Shown: positions 20,601-28,171 of the stretch, piece by piece
Layout: every line of letters begins with the position of its first letter
Numbering within the stretch: the first letter of the stretch is position 1
Origin: Bacteroidia bacterium
Lineage (GTDB): Bacteria > Bacteroidota > Bacteroidia > M30B66
Assembly: GCA_965279035.1 (NCBI GenBank)
Contig: OZ257142.1
Span: 608,001-672,000, forward strand
Length of the DNA stretch: 64,000 bases
Reading direction: 5' to 3'
The notes under the pieces: model-generated
The model's input: only the letters and a program-made list of their open reading frames with translations
The model's database searches: none
Told to the model about the DNA's origin: nothing
Translations under genes and position numbers: made by a program

Positions 20601-20782
20601 CCATCGCTAATCGAAAAACGATGGTAAAACTCCTTGACTGACTGGGCTGGAGCAAGTAAAGCTGTCAATAGAAGACAGAAACAAAAAGTGAAGTGAAGAA
20701 TTTTAGGACGAACTGAATCGTTTTTATTACTGCTTATGAAGTAGGACTTATTAATATTTAAACCATCATCAGGGCAATCCAT
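17672..20782 (-). CDS. Sensor histidine kinase with periplasmic beta-propeller/Y_Y_Y region and HisKA_3-type kinase (start uncertain)
   Basis: Reg_prop repeats (LWIGT, DGLSSN), YTDLHGGDYDFQMKA, TM helix PYWETWWF, H-box DLHDDVG, N-box EIINNAAKYS, DNGKG. Confidence 0.92.
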   Translation of the reverse strand: MDCPDDGLNINKSYFISSNKNDSVRPKILHFTFCFCLLLTALLAPAQSVKEFYHRFSISDGLSSNTCNALLEDSNGYLWIGTSEGLNRFDGHQVKQFFHNPADTNSLCGNTIKCLAEAPDGKIWIGTYGSGIDVFDPIKETFEHYQLHVDRFLITASNRINQLIVNPDGSVLCTTEGGMFLYTPSHQAFQPIKLPGVSKEKSVLKVFLYEDSQHQGLWLNQAGELWYYQAKTGKIFSKNFNPENWEVFTHEWLAIAAVDNNQTIWLVDEISTHICSFNPHTKQLKDWGISCQLGEKMPNRMLYSSDHQALLFSFWDEASFFISTQDQRFYSAPFTLEYPRNIGKVKVICVLNDSRNIEWIGTSNGLFARNAKTQNHELHWFTGIPDDWVIKSLIVDTAACWLIASDGIYRSDLKTEVRQKLQLPDIDVKSLSCLYDVPGTSILLAGHSEGILQIDRTTLGVSRFRELTDTIAFSFKRDILQFVQTDSQGRLWIGTWKGNLTGFETWNGKVFYHASFKKPEIRWPKSGLICIHESNQGLFIGFNGGDGVWKWDETIKSFSPYLTTKRFPRFNGVVDALHSDADNLFIGTHGGGLCIWNFKTESMSYLSRHTGLVGDYVYRILDSGNRDILFTTNNGIGSLRKSDRFVRVVNQDFIQDVPLFSSSGYKGPDGRIWFFWKTFFYGFKPQELNQLVQQPVITSIKLFDKEIGIPSNGELEFNYNENFITIEFSSFPYLFKERIEYASKLVGVNDDWIISHTKNYADYTDLHGGDYDFQMKARVDGGNWSDVTHLKIHISAPYWETWWFRILVILSVTGIVYAIYWYRLNQLKKLQLVRNTISSDLHDDVGASLSSINIYSKVAMERMQASPDSVPELLNQINKNASETMDRMSDIVWSINPNNDTLQSLFNRIKVHCMEVLQASDMEVHYVNELANDMHIGMNARKNIFLIAKEIINNAAKYSEANELNISVQLKNDTLILLFSDNGKGIQQIETKGGNGFRNMRNRVAELQGEITIESEIGSGTHITILLPVARIREAK

Positions 20783-20790
20783 TTCAAAAT

Positions 20791-22908
20791 TCAGCTAAGG
20801 ATTTGAAATGCGATAAAGGCCGAAAGCCAAGCCAGTACACCCATGTAAGTAGTTTGAGCTATTGCCCATTTCCAACTTCCCGTTTCACGAATTACTACCG
20901 CTATAGTGCTCATACATTGCATAGCAAAGGCGTAAAATAAAATCAATGCTATAGATGCAGCTGGGCTGAATAATGGCAAGCCTGTTTTGTCATTTACATC
21001 GCTCATCATGCGTTGGCGTAATGTTGATTCATCATCATCGCCTCCGGCTCCATATATCGTAGCCATGGTTCCAACAAAAACTTCCCGAGCGGCAAATGAC
21101 GTAACTAAGGCAATTCCAATTTTCCAATCAAAACCGAGCGGAGCAATAACAGGCTCAATCGTTCTTCCTAAAATACCCGCATACGAATTACGAAGCTTTT
21201 CAGATGAAATCGCATTGGCAGCTTGTTCTTCACCCATTTGCTCAATCACAACCGGATTGGTGTATTTTTTCTCAATTTGCTCAAAACGATCACCCGGTCC
21301 GTAGGAAGACAAAGCCCACAGAAGAATCGAAATAGCAATAATCACCTTTCCTGCATCGCGAATAAAAACCCACACTTTTTCACCCATGGTATGCGCTACT
21401 ACGCCCCATTGAGGCATGCGGTAAACGGGCAGTTCCATGATAAAGTAGCTACGTTCGCGTGAACGGATAATCCATTTTAAAATCCAAGCTGTTCCCAAAG
21501 CAGCTAAAAACCCAAGTAAGTACAAGCCCATCATGATGAGCCCTTTCAAATTGAAAATTCCGATGTGTTTATCAGGAACTGCAATGGCAATGAGCAAAGT
21601 ATAAACTGGCAAACGAGCCGAGCAACTCATGAGCGGTGTGACCAATATGGTAATGAGTCGTTCTTTCCAATTCTTAATCGTTCGTGCCGACATAATTGCC
21701 GGAACAGCGCAAGCAACACCACTGATAAGCGGAATAACCGATTTCCCATTGATACCAAACTTACGCATAAGCCTATCCATGATGAAGCTCACGCGTGCCA
21801 TGTATCCCGAATCTTCGAGTACTGCGATAAAGGCAAATAGGATGGCGATTTGTGGAATAAACATGAGAATTCCGCCTAATCCCGGAATAATTCCCTGAGT
21901 AATTAAATCGTTGAGTTTACCTGACGGAAGTGTTTCTCCAATGAAGGCACCTGATTTCTGAAATAAGCTATCGATGAGATCCATGGGATATTCGGCCCAA
22001 GAAAAGATAGCTTGAAATAGTAAAAACAAAATGGTGAGAAAGGTTAGAAATCCCCAAACCGGATGTGTAAAAACATCATCCAATTTCATCGAAAAACGCA
22101 GAGCTCGAGTGATGGTAACCTGAGCCAGACAGTTTTCGAGAATGGTTTGAATCATTCCATAACGACGAAGAGATTCTTCACTTTGTAATCCAAATGGAGT
22201 AAGATTATCTTCAGCTAATAATTTTCGCAAGTCGGGAAGTGAGCGTTCCGACTGCAAAAGATCGTAGTTCGCAGCTGTTAAGTATGCTTCATATGCGGAA
22301 GAAATTCCGGTGCTTTTCTGTAATTTTTCCATCACACCCGGATGATAATCGGCCGGATTGTCGAAGGTTTTCATCGCCCCAACTTGTACTTGGAAAATGG
22401 CTTGTTTTATTTCGGAGATTCCTTTTTTCTCACGCGCATTCACCTGAATAACTGGAATTCCCAACTCTGCAGCTAAACGAACGGTATCGAGTTTTTGGTG
22501 ACTTCGTTCGAGAATATCAATCATATTCACCGCTAAAATCGCAGGTAAACCAAGATCAATCACTTGGAGACACAGTAATAAAGAGCGTTTCAGATTAGAA
22601 GCATCTGCCACAATCAGCACCATGTCGGGGAAATCGGGCGATTGATGATTCGTTAATACTTTGAATGTTTCGAGCTCGTCGAGCGATTTAGGAAACAAGC
22701 AATACGTTCCCGGTAAATCGATGAAATTAACGGTGCGACGGCTTTTGTCTTTTGGATGAAACATCCGCACTTGCCCAGAGTGCTTTTCAACTGTAACTCC
22801 AGGAAAATTACCCGTTTTCTGATGCAAGCCTGTTAACGCGTTGAAGAGCGTTGATTTCCCACTATTGGGATTTCCTACCAGGGCAATATGAATGGGTCTA
22901 TCTTCCAC
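20791..22908 (-). CDS. feoB: Ferrous iron transporter FeoB
   Basis: GNPNSGKST, GNFPGVTVE, DLPG, NMID GTPase motifs; gate motifs ACAVPAIM and MSCSARLPVY. Confidence 0.97.
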   Translation of the reverse strand: MEDRPIHIALVGNPNSGKSTLFNALTGLHQKTGNFPGVTVEKHSGQVRMFHPKDKSRRTVNFIDLPGTYCLFPKSLDELETFKVLTNHQSPDFPDMVLIVADASNLKRSLLLCLQVIDLGLPAILAVNMIDILERSHQKLDTVRLAAELGIPVIQVNAREKKGISEIKQAIFQVQVGAMKTFDNPADYHPGVMEKLQKSTGISSAYEAYLTAANYDLLQSERSLPDLRKLLAEDNLTPFGLQSEESLRRYGMIQTILENCLAQVTITRALRFSMKLDDVFTHPVWGFLTFLTILFLLFQAIFSWAEYPMDLIDSLFQKSGAFIGETLPSGKLNDLITQGIIPGLGGILMFIPQIAILFAFIAVLEDSGYMARVSFIMDRLMRKFGINGKSVIPLISGVACAVPAIMSARTIKNWKERLITILVTPLMSCSARLPVYTLLIAIAVPDKHIGIFNLKGLIMMGLYLLGFLAALGTAWILKWIIRSRERSYFIMELPVYRMPQWGVVAHTMGEKVWVFIRDAGKVIIAISILLWALSSYGPGDRFEQIEKKYTNPVVIEQMGEEQAANAISSEKLRNSYAGILGRTIEPVIAPLGFDWKIGIALVTSFAAREVFVGTMATIYGAGGDDDESTLRQRMMSDVNDKTGLPLFSPAASIALILFYAFAMQCMSTIAVVIRETGSWKWAIAQTTYMGVLAWLSAFIAFQILS

Positions 22909-22914
22909 GAGAAA

Positions 22915-23145
22915 TTAAACGTGTTCTTCGACTAATACGGTTGAAGCTTCTAAAAGCCGAATACTGATAAGTGAACCGGAACAAGCGAATGCTATCGGAT
23001 CTCCTAGCGGAGCTTTGCGAATCATGGTGATGCGCGTGCCGGGAATGCAACCTAATTCGATGAGCTTGAGCGATATTTCTTCGTCGGTAAATCCACGAAT
23101 GATAGCAGATTCGCCAATAGGGACATGAGAAAGATCAGCCGACAT
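22915..23145 (-). CDS. feoA: Ferrous iron transport protein FeoA
   Basis: 76 aa, LIELGCIPG...APLGDPI, directly upstream of feoB. Confidence 0.95.
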   Translation of the reverse strand: MSADLSHVPIGESAIIRGFTDEEISLKLIELGCIPGTRITMIRKAPLGDPIAFACSGSLISIRLLEASTVLVEEHV

Positions 23146-23155
23146 GATTGCTTGT

Positions 23156-23185
23156 TTAGAATGATTCTAATTAAGTGCGAAAGTA
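23156..23185 (-). promoter_or_regulatory. feoA promoter: -7 box plus perfect 7-1-7 palindrome (candidate Fur-type iron box)
   Basis: TTAGAAT-G-ATTCTAA at 23156-23170; TACTTTCG on the minus strand at 23178-23185. Confidence 0.7.
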
Positions 23186-23231
23186 CAAATTTCGCGAGGC
23201 AAACTCCGAAATGAGAAAAAGAAAATGTGGC

Positions 23232-23381
23232 TTAGCAGAATGAAGGATTCAAATGCTTCTCCACCATTGCAATACGCTTCTTTTTGTGATGGTCCGGACA
23301 ATCGCATTTCTTTTTAAAGAGCTTGCAACCGGGCGTAACTAGAATGGTAATCAACACAAATAGAGGCAGGATTTTTCTCAT
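23232..23381 (-). CDS. Unannotated 49-aa putative lipoprotein
   Basis: MRKILPLFVLITILVTPGCKLFKKKCDCPDHHKKKRIAMVEKHLNPSFC*: basic N-terminus, hydrophobic stretch, lipobox-like TPG|C. Confidence 0.6.
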   Translation of the reverse strand: MRKILPLFVLITILVTPGCKLFKKKCDCPDHHKKKRIAMVEKHLNPSFC

Positions 23382-23415
23382 GATGGAATTAGAACGCGAA
23401 AATTAGGGAATCGTT

Positions 23416-24033
23416 TCAGCGCTGCAAAACTTTAAAGGCAATATCGCGTCCGAGTCCAGAAACAAACGCCAATTTCCCCCAAATCATCGCTAGATTTTCT
23501 AAGGGCAATTCCATCTCAGGTCCACCCACATCAAATGCTCGAAAACCCGCTTCTTTTGCTAATTGTAAAACTGTTTGTTTATCTTCTGGATAACGTCCAC
23601 AGATAAATAAATCGGCTACTTGGTCACCATAGTTGGGATTGTCCATGTTTTCTGCACCAATCATATTAAAAGCCTTCACAATATGATCGTTACCACAAGC
23701 AGCTAAAATGGCTTCAGATGTTCGGTAAAATCCATCAGGCTTTCTGAAAACAGCATTCATCGCGTCAATCAGCAGCTTGCCATCTATATTTCCTAATTGC
23801 TTCACTACATCAAACGTCGCATCTGCAGGAACTGCTAATAAAATTATTTCTGCTTTGGACGCTGCTACTTCAGGCGCATGTGCCGAAATTAATTCGGGAT
23901 TCAATTGTACCAAACTGCGAATCGAATCATTCAAAGGATTTCGAGTTCCAAGAAAAATTCGATGTCCAGCATGTGCCCAAACTTTGGCTAAGCGACCACC
24001 AATGTTTCCAGTACCAATAACTGCTATATTCAT
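23416..24033 (-). CDS. NADP-dependent oxidoreductase, F420_oxidored family
   Basis: Rossmann motif GTGNIG, LLAVP, IDAMN, IVKAFN. Start taken at MNIAVIG (24033). Confidence 0.85.
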   Translation of the reverse strand: MNIAVIGTGNIGGRLAKVWAHAGHRIFLGTRNPLNDSIRSLVQLNPELISAHAPEVAASKAEIILLAVPADATFDVVKQLGNIDGKLLIDAMNAVFRKPDGFYRTSEAILAACGNDHIVKAFNMIGAENMDNPNYGDQVADLFICGRYPEDKQTVLQLAKEAGFRAFDVGGPEMELPLENLAMIWGKLAFVSGLGRDIAFKVLQR

Positions 24034-24108
24034 AAGTATTTCGAACGATTTAACTAAACGAATGTATAAAAATAGAGGCTTAAGCAATCAGATTATTAGC
24101 TTTGTGCC

Positions 24109-24816
24109 ATGCGTTATGTATTGTCTTTTGTGATTCTGTGCATTACAGGAATTGTTTCCCTTGCACAAACCGATAATATGGGAGTGGGAACTTTAACTCC
24201 CGACCCTAGTGCCAAATTAGAGGTAAGCTCAACCAGTAAAGGATTTTTAGCTCCTCGTATGAGTTCGGTTGAGCGATTGGCAATCCTCAATCCCGCTCAA
24301 GGCTTACTTGTTTTCGACCTTACAACTAACACGTTTTGGTATTTTAACTCTGGAAGTTGGACCGAATTAATCACCCAACTACCTGCTGCGCCTTCTACTA
24401 TTTTATTCAGCTCGTTTAGTCAAACCGGAATTGCCGGAAGCGCTGAAGCAATCATGGGATCGTATGTGATTCCAGCTAATACGCTTGATGCAAATGGACA
24501 AGCATTTCTGGTTCATGCATTTGGTTTACTTACAACCGACACCGCTTTAGTTCGACTGAAATTTTCAGGTATTGAGTTGCCTTTCCAAACTTACGGACAA
24601 GGTTTTTGGGAACTCACTTGTCGGGTTTATCGAACATCTGCCAACACGGCGAAATGCGCTGGAACATTGGTTGTGAATGGAAGTTCAAGCACCTTCGTTT
24701 CTCAACCAGCATTGGATTTTAGTGCAGCCATTCCTTTCCAAATTACCGGACAACAAGTTCAGCCTGTGGTCAATGGTGTGAGTATGGAAGGATTTGAAAT
24801 TACTCGAATCCGTTAG
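24109..24816 (+). CDS. Secreted protein with a Bacteroidota fibre-like N-terminal module and beta-rich C-terminal head
   Basis: Signal peptide, then MGVGTLTPDPSAKLEVSSTSKGFLAPRM...GLLVFD...FWYFNSGSW. -7 box TAGCTTTG at 24097-24104. Confidence 0.65.
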   Translation: MRYVLSFVILCITGIVSLAQTDNMGVGTLTPDPSAKLEVSSTSKGFLAPRMSSVERLAILNPAQGLLVFDLTTNTFWYFNSGSWTELITQLPAAPSTILFSSFSQTGIAGSAEAIMGSYVIPANTLDANGQAFLVHAFGLLTTDTALVRLKFSGIELPFQTYGQGFWELTCRVYRTSANTAKCAGTLVVNGSSSTFVSQPALDFSAAIPFQITGQQVQPVVNGVSMEGFEITRIR

Positions 24817-25776
24817 TTATTTCCCGGCTAACACATCTTCAACCCAACCTTTTCCCCAATTCTCGATTTCGGACTGCGACCATAATTCGGGATAGAATAT
24901 CCGTTTTTGGAAACGCGGAGGAAGGTATTTCTGCCAGTTAGTTCCACCCGTTGCTTTGATGTCTTCCGGATCACGTTGGAGATAACGAACAGCGCTTTTG
25001 TAATGTGAAAGCGGCCAATTGATGTTGACTAAAATGTCGAAGGCGCGCATGGCCAATTTCATGTCACTTAAATCAGCTCCGTTTTTTTCTAATTGACGAT
25101 ACACAGCATATATGTTCGATTGAACGTTGCTCTCGGCCAACTCGATTAGTTGCTTGCTATATTTCTTCTCGAATTGCTCCAATGTGAGTGTTTTCTTTCC
25201 AGTAGCCAATTCGGTAGCTCCAGCTTGCCAATAGATATATTTGAATTGTTCGGCGATACTTGATTGAGTTCCTTCAAATTTGGAACGATAGTCTTTATCA
25301 ACTAAATGAATAAAATCGGTGGCAAAAATCTCCACCATCCGATACTGTGCACTTTGAAAACCAGATGCAGGTAAAAGCGACATACGGAACTGCAGAAACT
25401 GCTCTCGATCCATTCCATCCACCATCACTTCAAACGAATGGGTTAGATTCATGAAATAACGATTCACGCGTTTCAAACGGTTGATGGTAAACTTTAAATC
25501 AGGTTCCGATTGTGCACCAATCTGCTTCAACTCATGTAAACTGAGCTTAAAATATAACTCAGTTATCTGGTGATACATGATGAAGATTTCCTCGTCGGGA
25601 AAGCTTGTACGTGGATTTTGAAGACTCAACAAAGTATCAAGATGTATATAATCCCAATAAGTGAGAAAATCGGCGTGTAGCAAGCCGTCGAGATAGGAAC
25701 GTAAATCCTGTCCCATGGCTGCATATTTCTTCTGCAAAAGATCGATGCGGGAAAGGATGTCTTCGGAAATTTCCAT
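24817..25776 (-). CDS. kynA: Tryptophan 2,3-dioxygenase
   Basis: YWDYIHLDTLLSLQ, DEEIFIMYHQITELYFK, LPASGFQSAQYR, TGGT. Confidence 0.93.
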   Translation of the reverse strand: MEISEDILSRIDLLQKKYAAMGQDLRSYLDGLLHADFLTYWDYIHLDTLLSLQNPRTSFPDEEIFIMYHQITELYFKLSLHELKQIGAQSEPDLKFTINRLKRVNRYFMNLTHSFEVMVDGMDREQFLQFRMSLLPASGFQSAQYRMVEIFATDFIHLVDKDYRSKFEGTQSSIAEQFKYIYWQAGATELATGKKTLTLEQFEKKYSKQLIELAESNVQSNIYAVYRQLEKNGADLSDMKLAMRAFDILVNINWPLSHYKSAVRYLQRDPEDIKATGGTNWQKYLPPRFQKRIFYPELWSQSEIENWGKGWVEDVLAGK

Positions 25777-25876
25777 TCTTTAGCGTGATTGAGGTAGGGC
25801 AAACATAGGTAAAAAGGTAGAATAGAATGAGCCATTTCGAGGTATTCTATCCGAATTACGGTTGAGAAAACCAGCC

Positions 25877-26440
25877 TTATTTTTTCTTCAAAAAGCAATC
25901 TTTCACGTGATCGTTTACCATGCCAGCAGCTTGCATATATGCGTAACAAATGGTAGTGCCAACAAAGGTAAATCCGCGTTTTTTCAAAGCTTTGCTCATC
26001 TCATCACTTTCGGGCGTGGATGCAGGAATTTCGCTCGTCGATTTACGTTTCCCATCGAGTGTTTTGCCTCCAGTAAACTGCCAGATATACGCATCGAATG
26101 TTCCATATTCTTTCTGGATTTCAAGAAACGCTCGTGCATTTTTGATTGTGCCGTCAATTTTCAAGCGATTTCGAATGATGCCTTCATCTTCCATCAACAT
26201 AGCCACATGTTCTTCGGTGAACTTGGCCACTTTTTTAGGATCAAATCCAGCAAATGCATTTCGAAAACCTGCTCTGCGATTGAGTATTGTTTGCCAACTC
26301 AAACCAGCTTGAAAGCTATCAAGCACAATAAATTCAAAGTGTTTGCGGTCGTCATGTACCGGAATTCCCCATTCGGTATCATGATATTCTCGCATGTTTT
26401 CAGTTTTCATGCACCAGCCGCAGCGGATCAGTTCGCTCAT
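25877..26440 (-). CDS. tag: DNA-3-methyladenine glycosylase I
   Basis: RCGW, YHDTEWG, FQAGLSW, IIRNRLKI, GMVNDH..C. Confidence 0.96.
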   Translation of the reverse strand: MSELIRCGWCMKTENMREYHDTEWGIPVHDDRKHFEFIVLDSFQAGLSWQTILNRRAGFRNAFAGFDPKKVAKFTEEHVAMLMEDEGIIRNRLKIDGTIKNARAFLEIQKEYGTFDAYIWQFTGGKTLDGKRKSTSEIPASTPESDEMSKALKKRGFTFVGTTICYAYMQAAGMVNDHVKDCFLKKK

Positions 26441-26561
26441 CGTTCATTTTTTAAATGCGGAAAATACCAAATTCATCTATGAACAATCGTGTTAATGAAT
26501 TTTAATCTCTTATAATTTCTACTAATTACTCATGCTCTATCTTCGCACGAAATCCTTTCTC

Positions 26562-28079
26562 ATGCTCCGATTGCTCACCGGGGTTTTTGTGCTCCTTGGA
26601 AATTTTCTTTTAGCGCAAACATCCTCCATCATTTCTCAAGAGGCATTCTTCCAAATTCCTGGAAGAGAATTACCTGCAACAAGCGATATTTCTGCAAAAG
26701 TTCAAGGATCAGCAAGTCCCGATTCTATCTTTTTTGATGTGTATGTGACCGATGATCAAGTTCTTCCCAATACAGCTGGCACAGGCGATCGTATTGAAAT
26801 TTGGTTTGGATCACCTTGGGTAAATTTTAGCGATTACATCATCGGAGAAAAAGGAAAGAAAACCTTTGTCTTTCGCAATACAGCCGAAGCGGGCGATGAC
26901 GCTAATTTGGAGCGTTTTGTTCGCGATGCCGATTATCCCAAAGGGAAACTGAAAGATGCTGAAACAGGTAAAGATGTAAAACCTGTAGTTCCCGATGCAA
27001 GTAGTTTACGCAGGGAATATGTGTTTTTCGGTATGACGCGTTTTGGTTTTTCTGCCTCACAACAAGCCGCTAAACAACTCGATCGAGATAAATATGGTCC
27101 ATTTGAAAAGCAAACAGGTTTAACATTGGATGATTTATCGCCATTTGTGAATTATACAGTCACGAAAACCGCTACTGGATTGCATTATCATGTTTCCATG
27201 CATAACCATTGTTTGGGTTTTGGAAGAGCACTTTCGATGAATAAAATGCGATTTGTGGTGGATGTGATAGACGTTGATCAAGGCGAAGAAAAAGAACAAA
27301 CCATCAGTTCTTCCGCTAACCGATTTTATGGAAGACCATTTTATTTTAATCAAGCTGAATTGCCGTTTCATTTGAATATCATGCCTTTGGCTGTTCCCAA
27401 TAAAATCATCGAACGGATGCAAATCAATCTCGATGTAATTTATTCAGGAGGAACTTGGAAAGCATTTGGTTTTAATAGCGGTGGAATTGTTTATGCCAAA
27501 GACTTTGTATCAGAAGCACTAAGCGAGTTCTATTTTTATCCAATACAGCTCAACTTTTATCCATCTACACCAAAACAAGAACAGGCGTTCGACCGACTCG
27601 ATTTAATGTATGATGATGTGAGTATTTTCCGTCAACACGAGGTATACATTCTCATCAACAATCAGATTTATTCAGGGAAAGACTATCGTTTTTCTCATTC
27701 CATACCCAACAATTTCTTTAACACCGTTTTCAAATTACCTGATGGAAATATTGCCATGGTACTTTATGACTATGAAGCCGTTGATCCACTAGGTTTTGGT
27801 AAATATGGAAATACTGCCGATGAGTTTATTTTTATTGAGAAAATAACGGCAAATGGAACCGAAGCGCTTTTTAATATTGGACAACGTATCGAAGCTTCTT
27901 CCACTTTGGTTGTTGGAGAAACAAATCAACTCAAGATCACTAACGTAAAAGAAGTGACATACGCTTGGGTTGAATTTGGGAAACTTTTCGAAGTGCGAAT
28001 TAAAGGGCTAACATCTGAATCTAGCCGCACCTTGCGATACCGAATTGATGAATTTGGTAAAGTGATCGACTCGAAATGA
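26562..28079 (+). CDS. Hypothetical exported protein, possible N-terminal DOMON/CBM9-like domain
   Basis: Signal peptide from MLRLL (26562; -7 box TATCTTCG at 26538-26545); segment IFFDVYVTDD...GDRIEIWF. Confidence 0.6.
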   Translation: MLRLLTGVFVLLGNFLLAQTSSIISQEAFFQIPGRELPATSDISAKVQGSASPDSIFFDVYVTDDQVLPNTAGTGDRIEIWFGSPWVNFSDYIIGEKGKKTFVFRNTAEAGDDANLERFVRDADYPKGKLKDAETGKDVKPVVPDASSLRREYVFFGMTRFGFSASQQAAKQLDRDKYGPFEKQTGLTLDDLSPFVNYTVTKTATGLHYHVSMHNHCLGFGRALSMNKMRFVVDVIDVDQGEEKEQTISSSANRFYGRPFYFNQAELPFHLNIMPLAVPNKIIERMQINLDVIYSGGTWKAFGFNSGGIVYAKDFVSEALSEFYFYPIQLNFYPSTPKQEQAFDRLDLMYDDVSIFRQHEVYILINNQIYSGKDYRFSHSIPNNFFNTVFKLPDGNIAMVLYDYEAVDPLGFGKYGNTADEFIFIEKITANGTEALFNIGQRIEASSTLVVGETNQLKITNVKEVTYAWVEFGKLFEVRIKGLTSESSRTLRYRIDEFGKVIDSK

Positions 28080-28171
28080 TTTTTTAGGAATTACCGCACC
28101 CGTAAAGGGTTGTATGTTGATTCATTTCTAGCGTTATTTGCCCCTCACAAATTGAAACCGTTCCCCAAACT

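Noticed and set aside
23416-24033. Evidence for coenzyme F420 metabolism
   Set aside because: This family is widespread in organisms without F420, and no F420 biosynthesis genes are visible.
25862-26482. 206-aa plus-strand ORF
   Set aside because: Antisense shadow of the well-supported tag gene. The other short ORF-track entries lying opposite or inside confident genes were rejected for the same reason.
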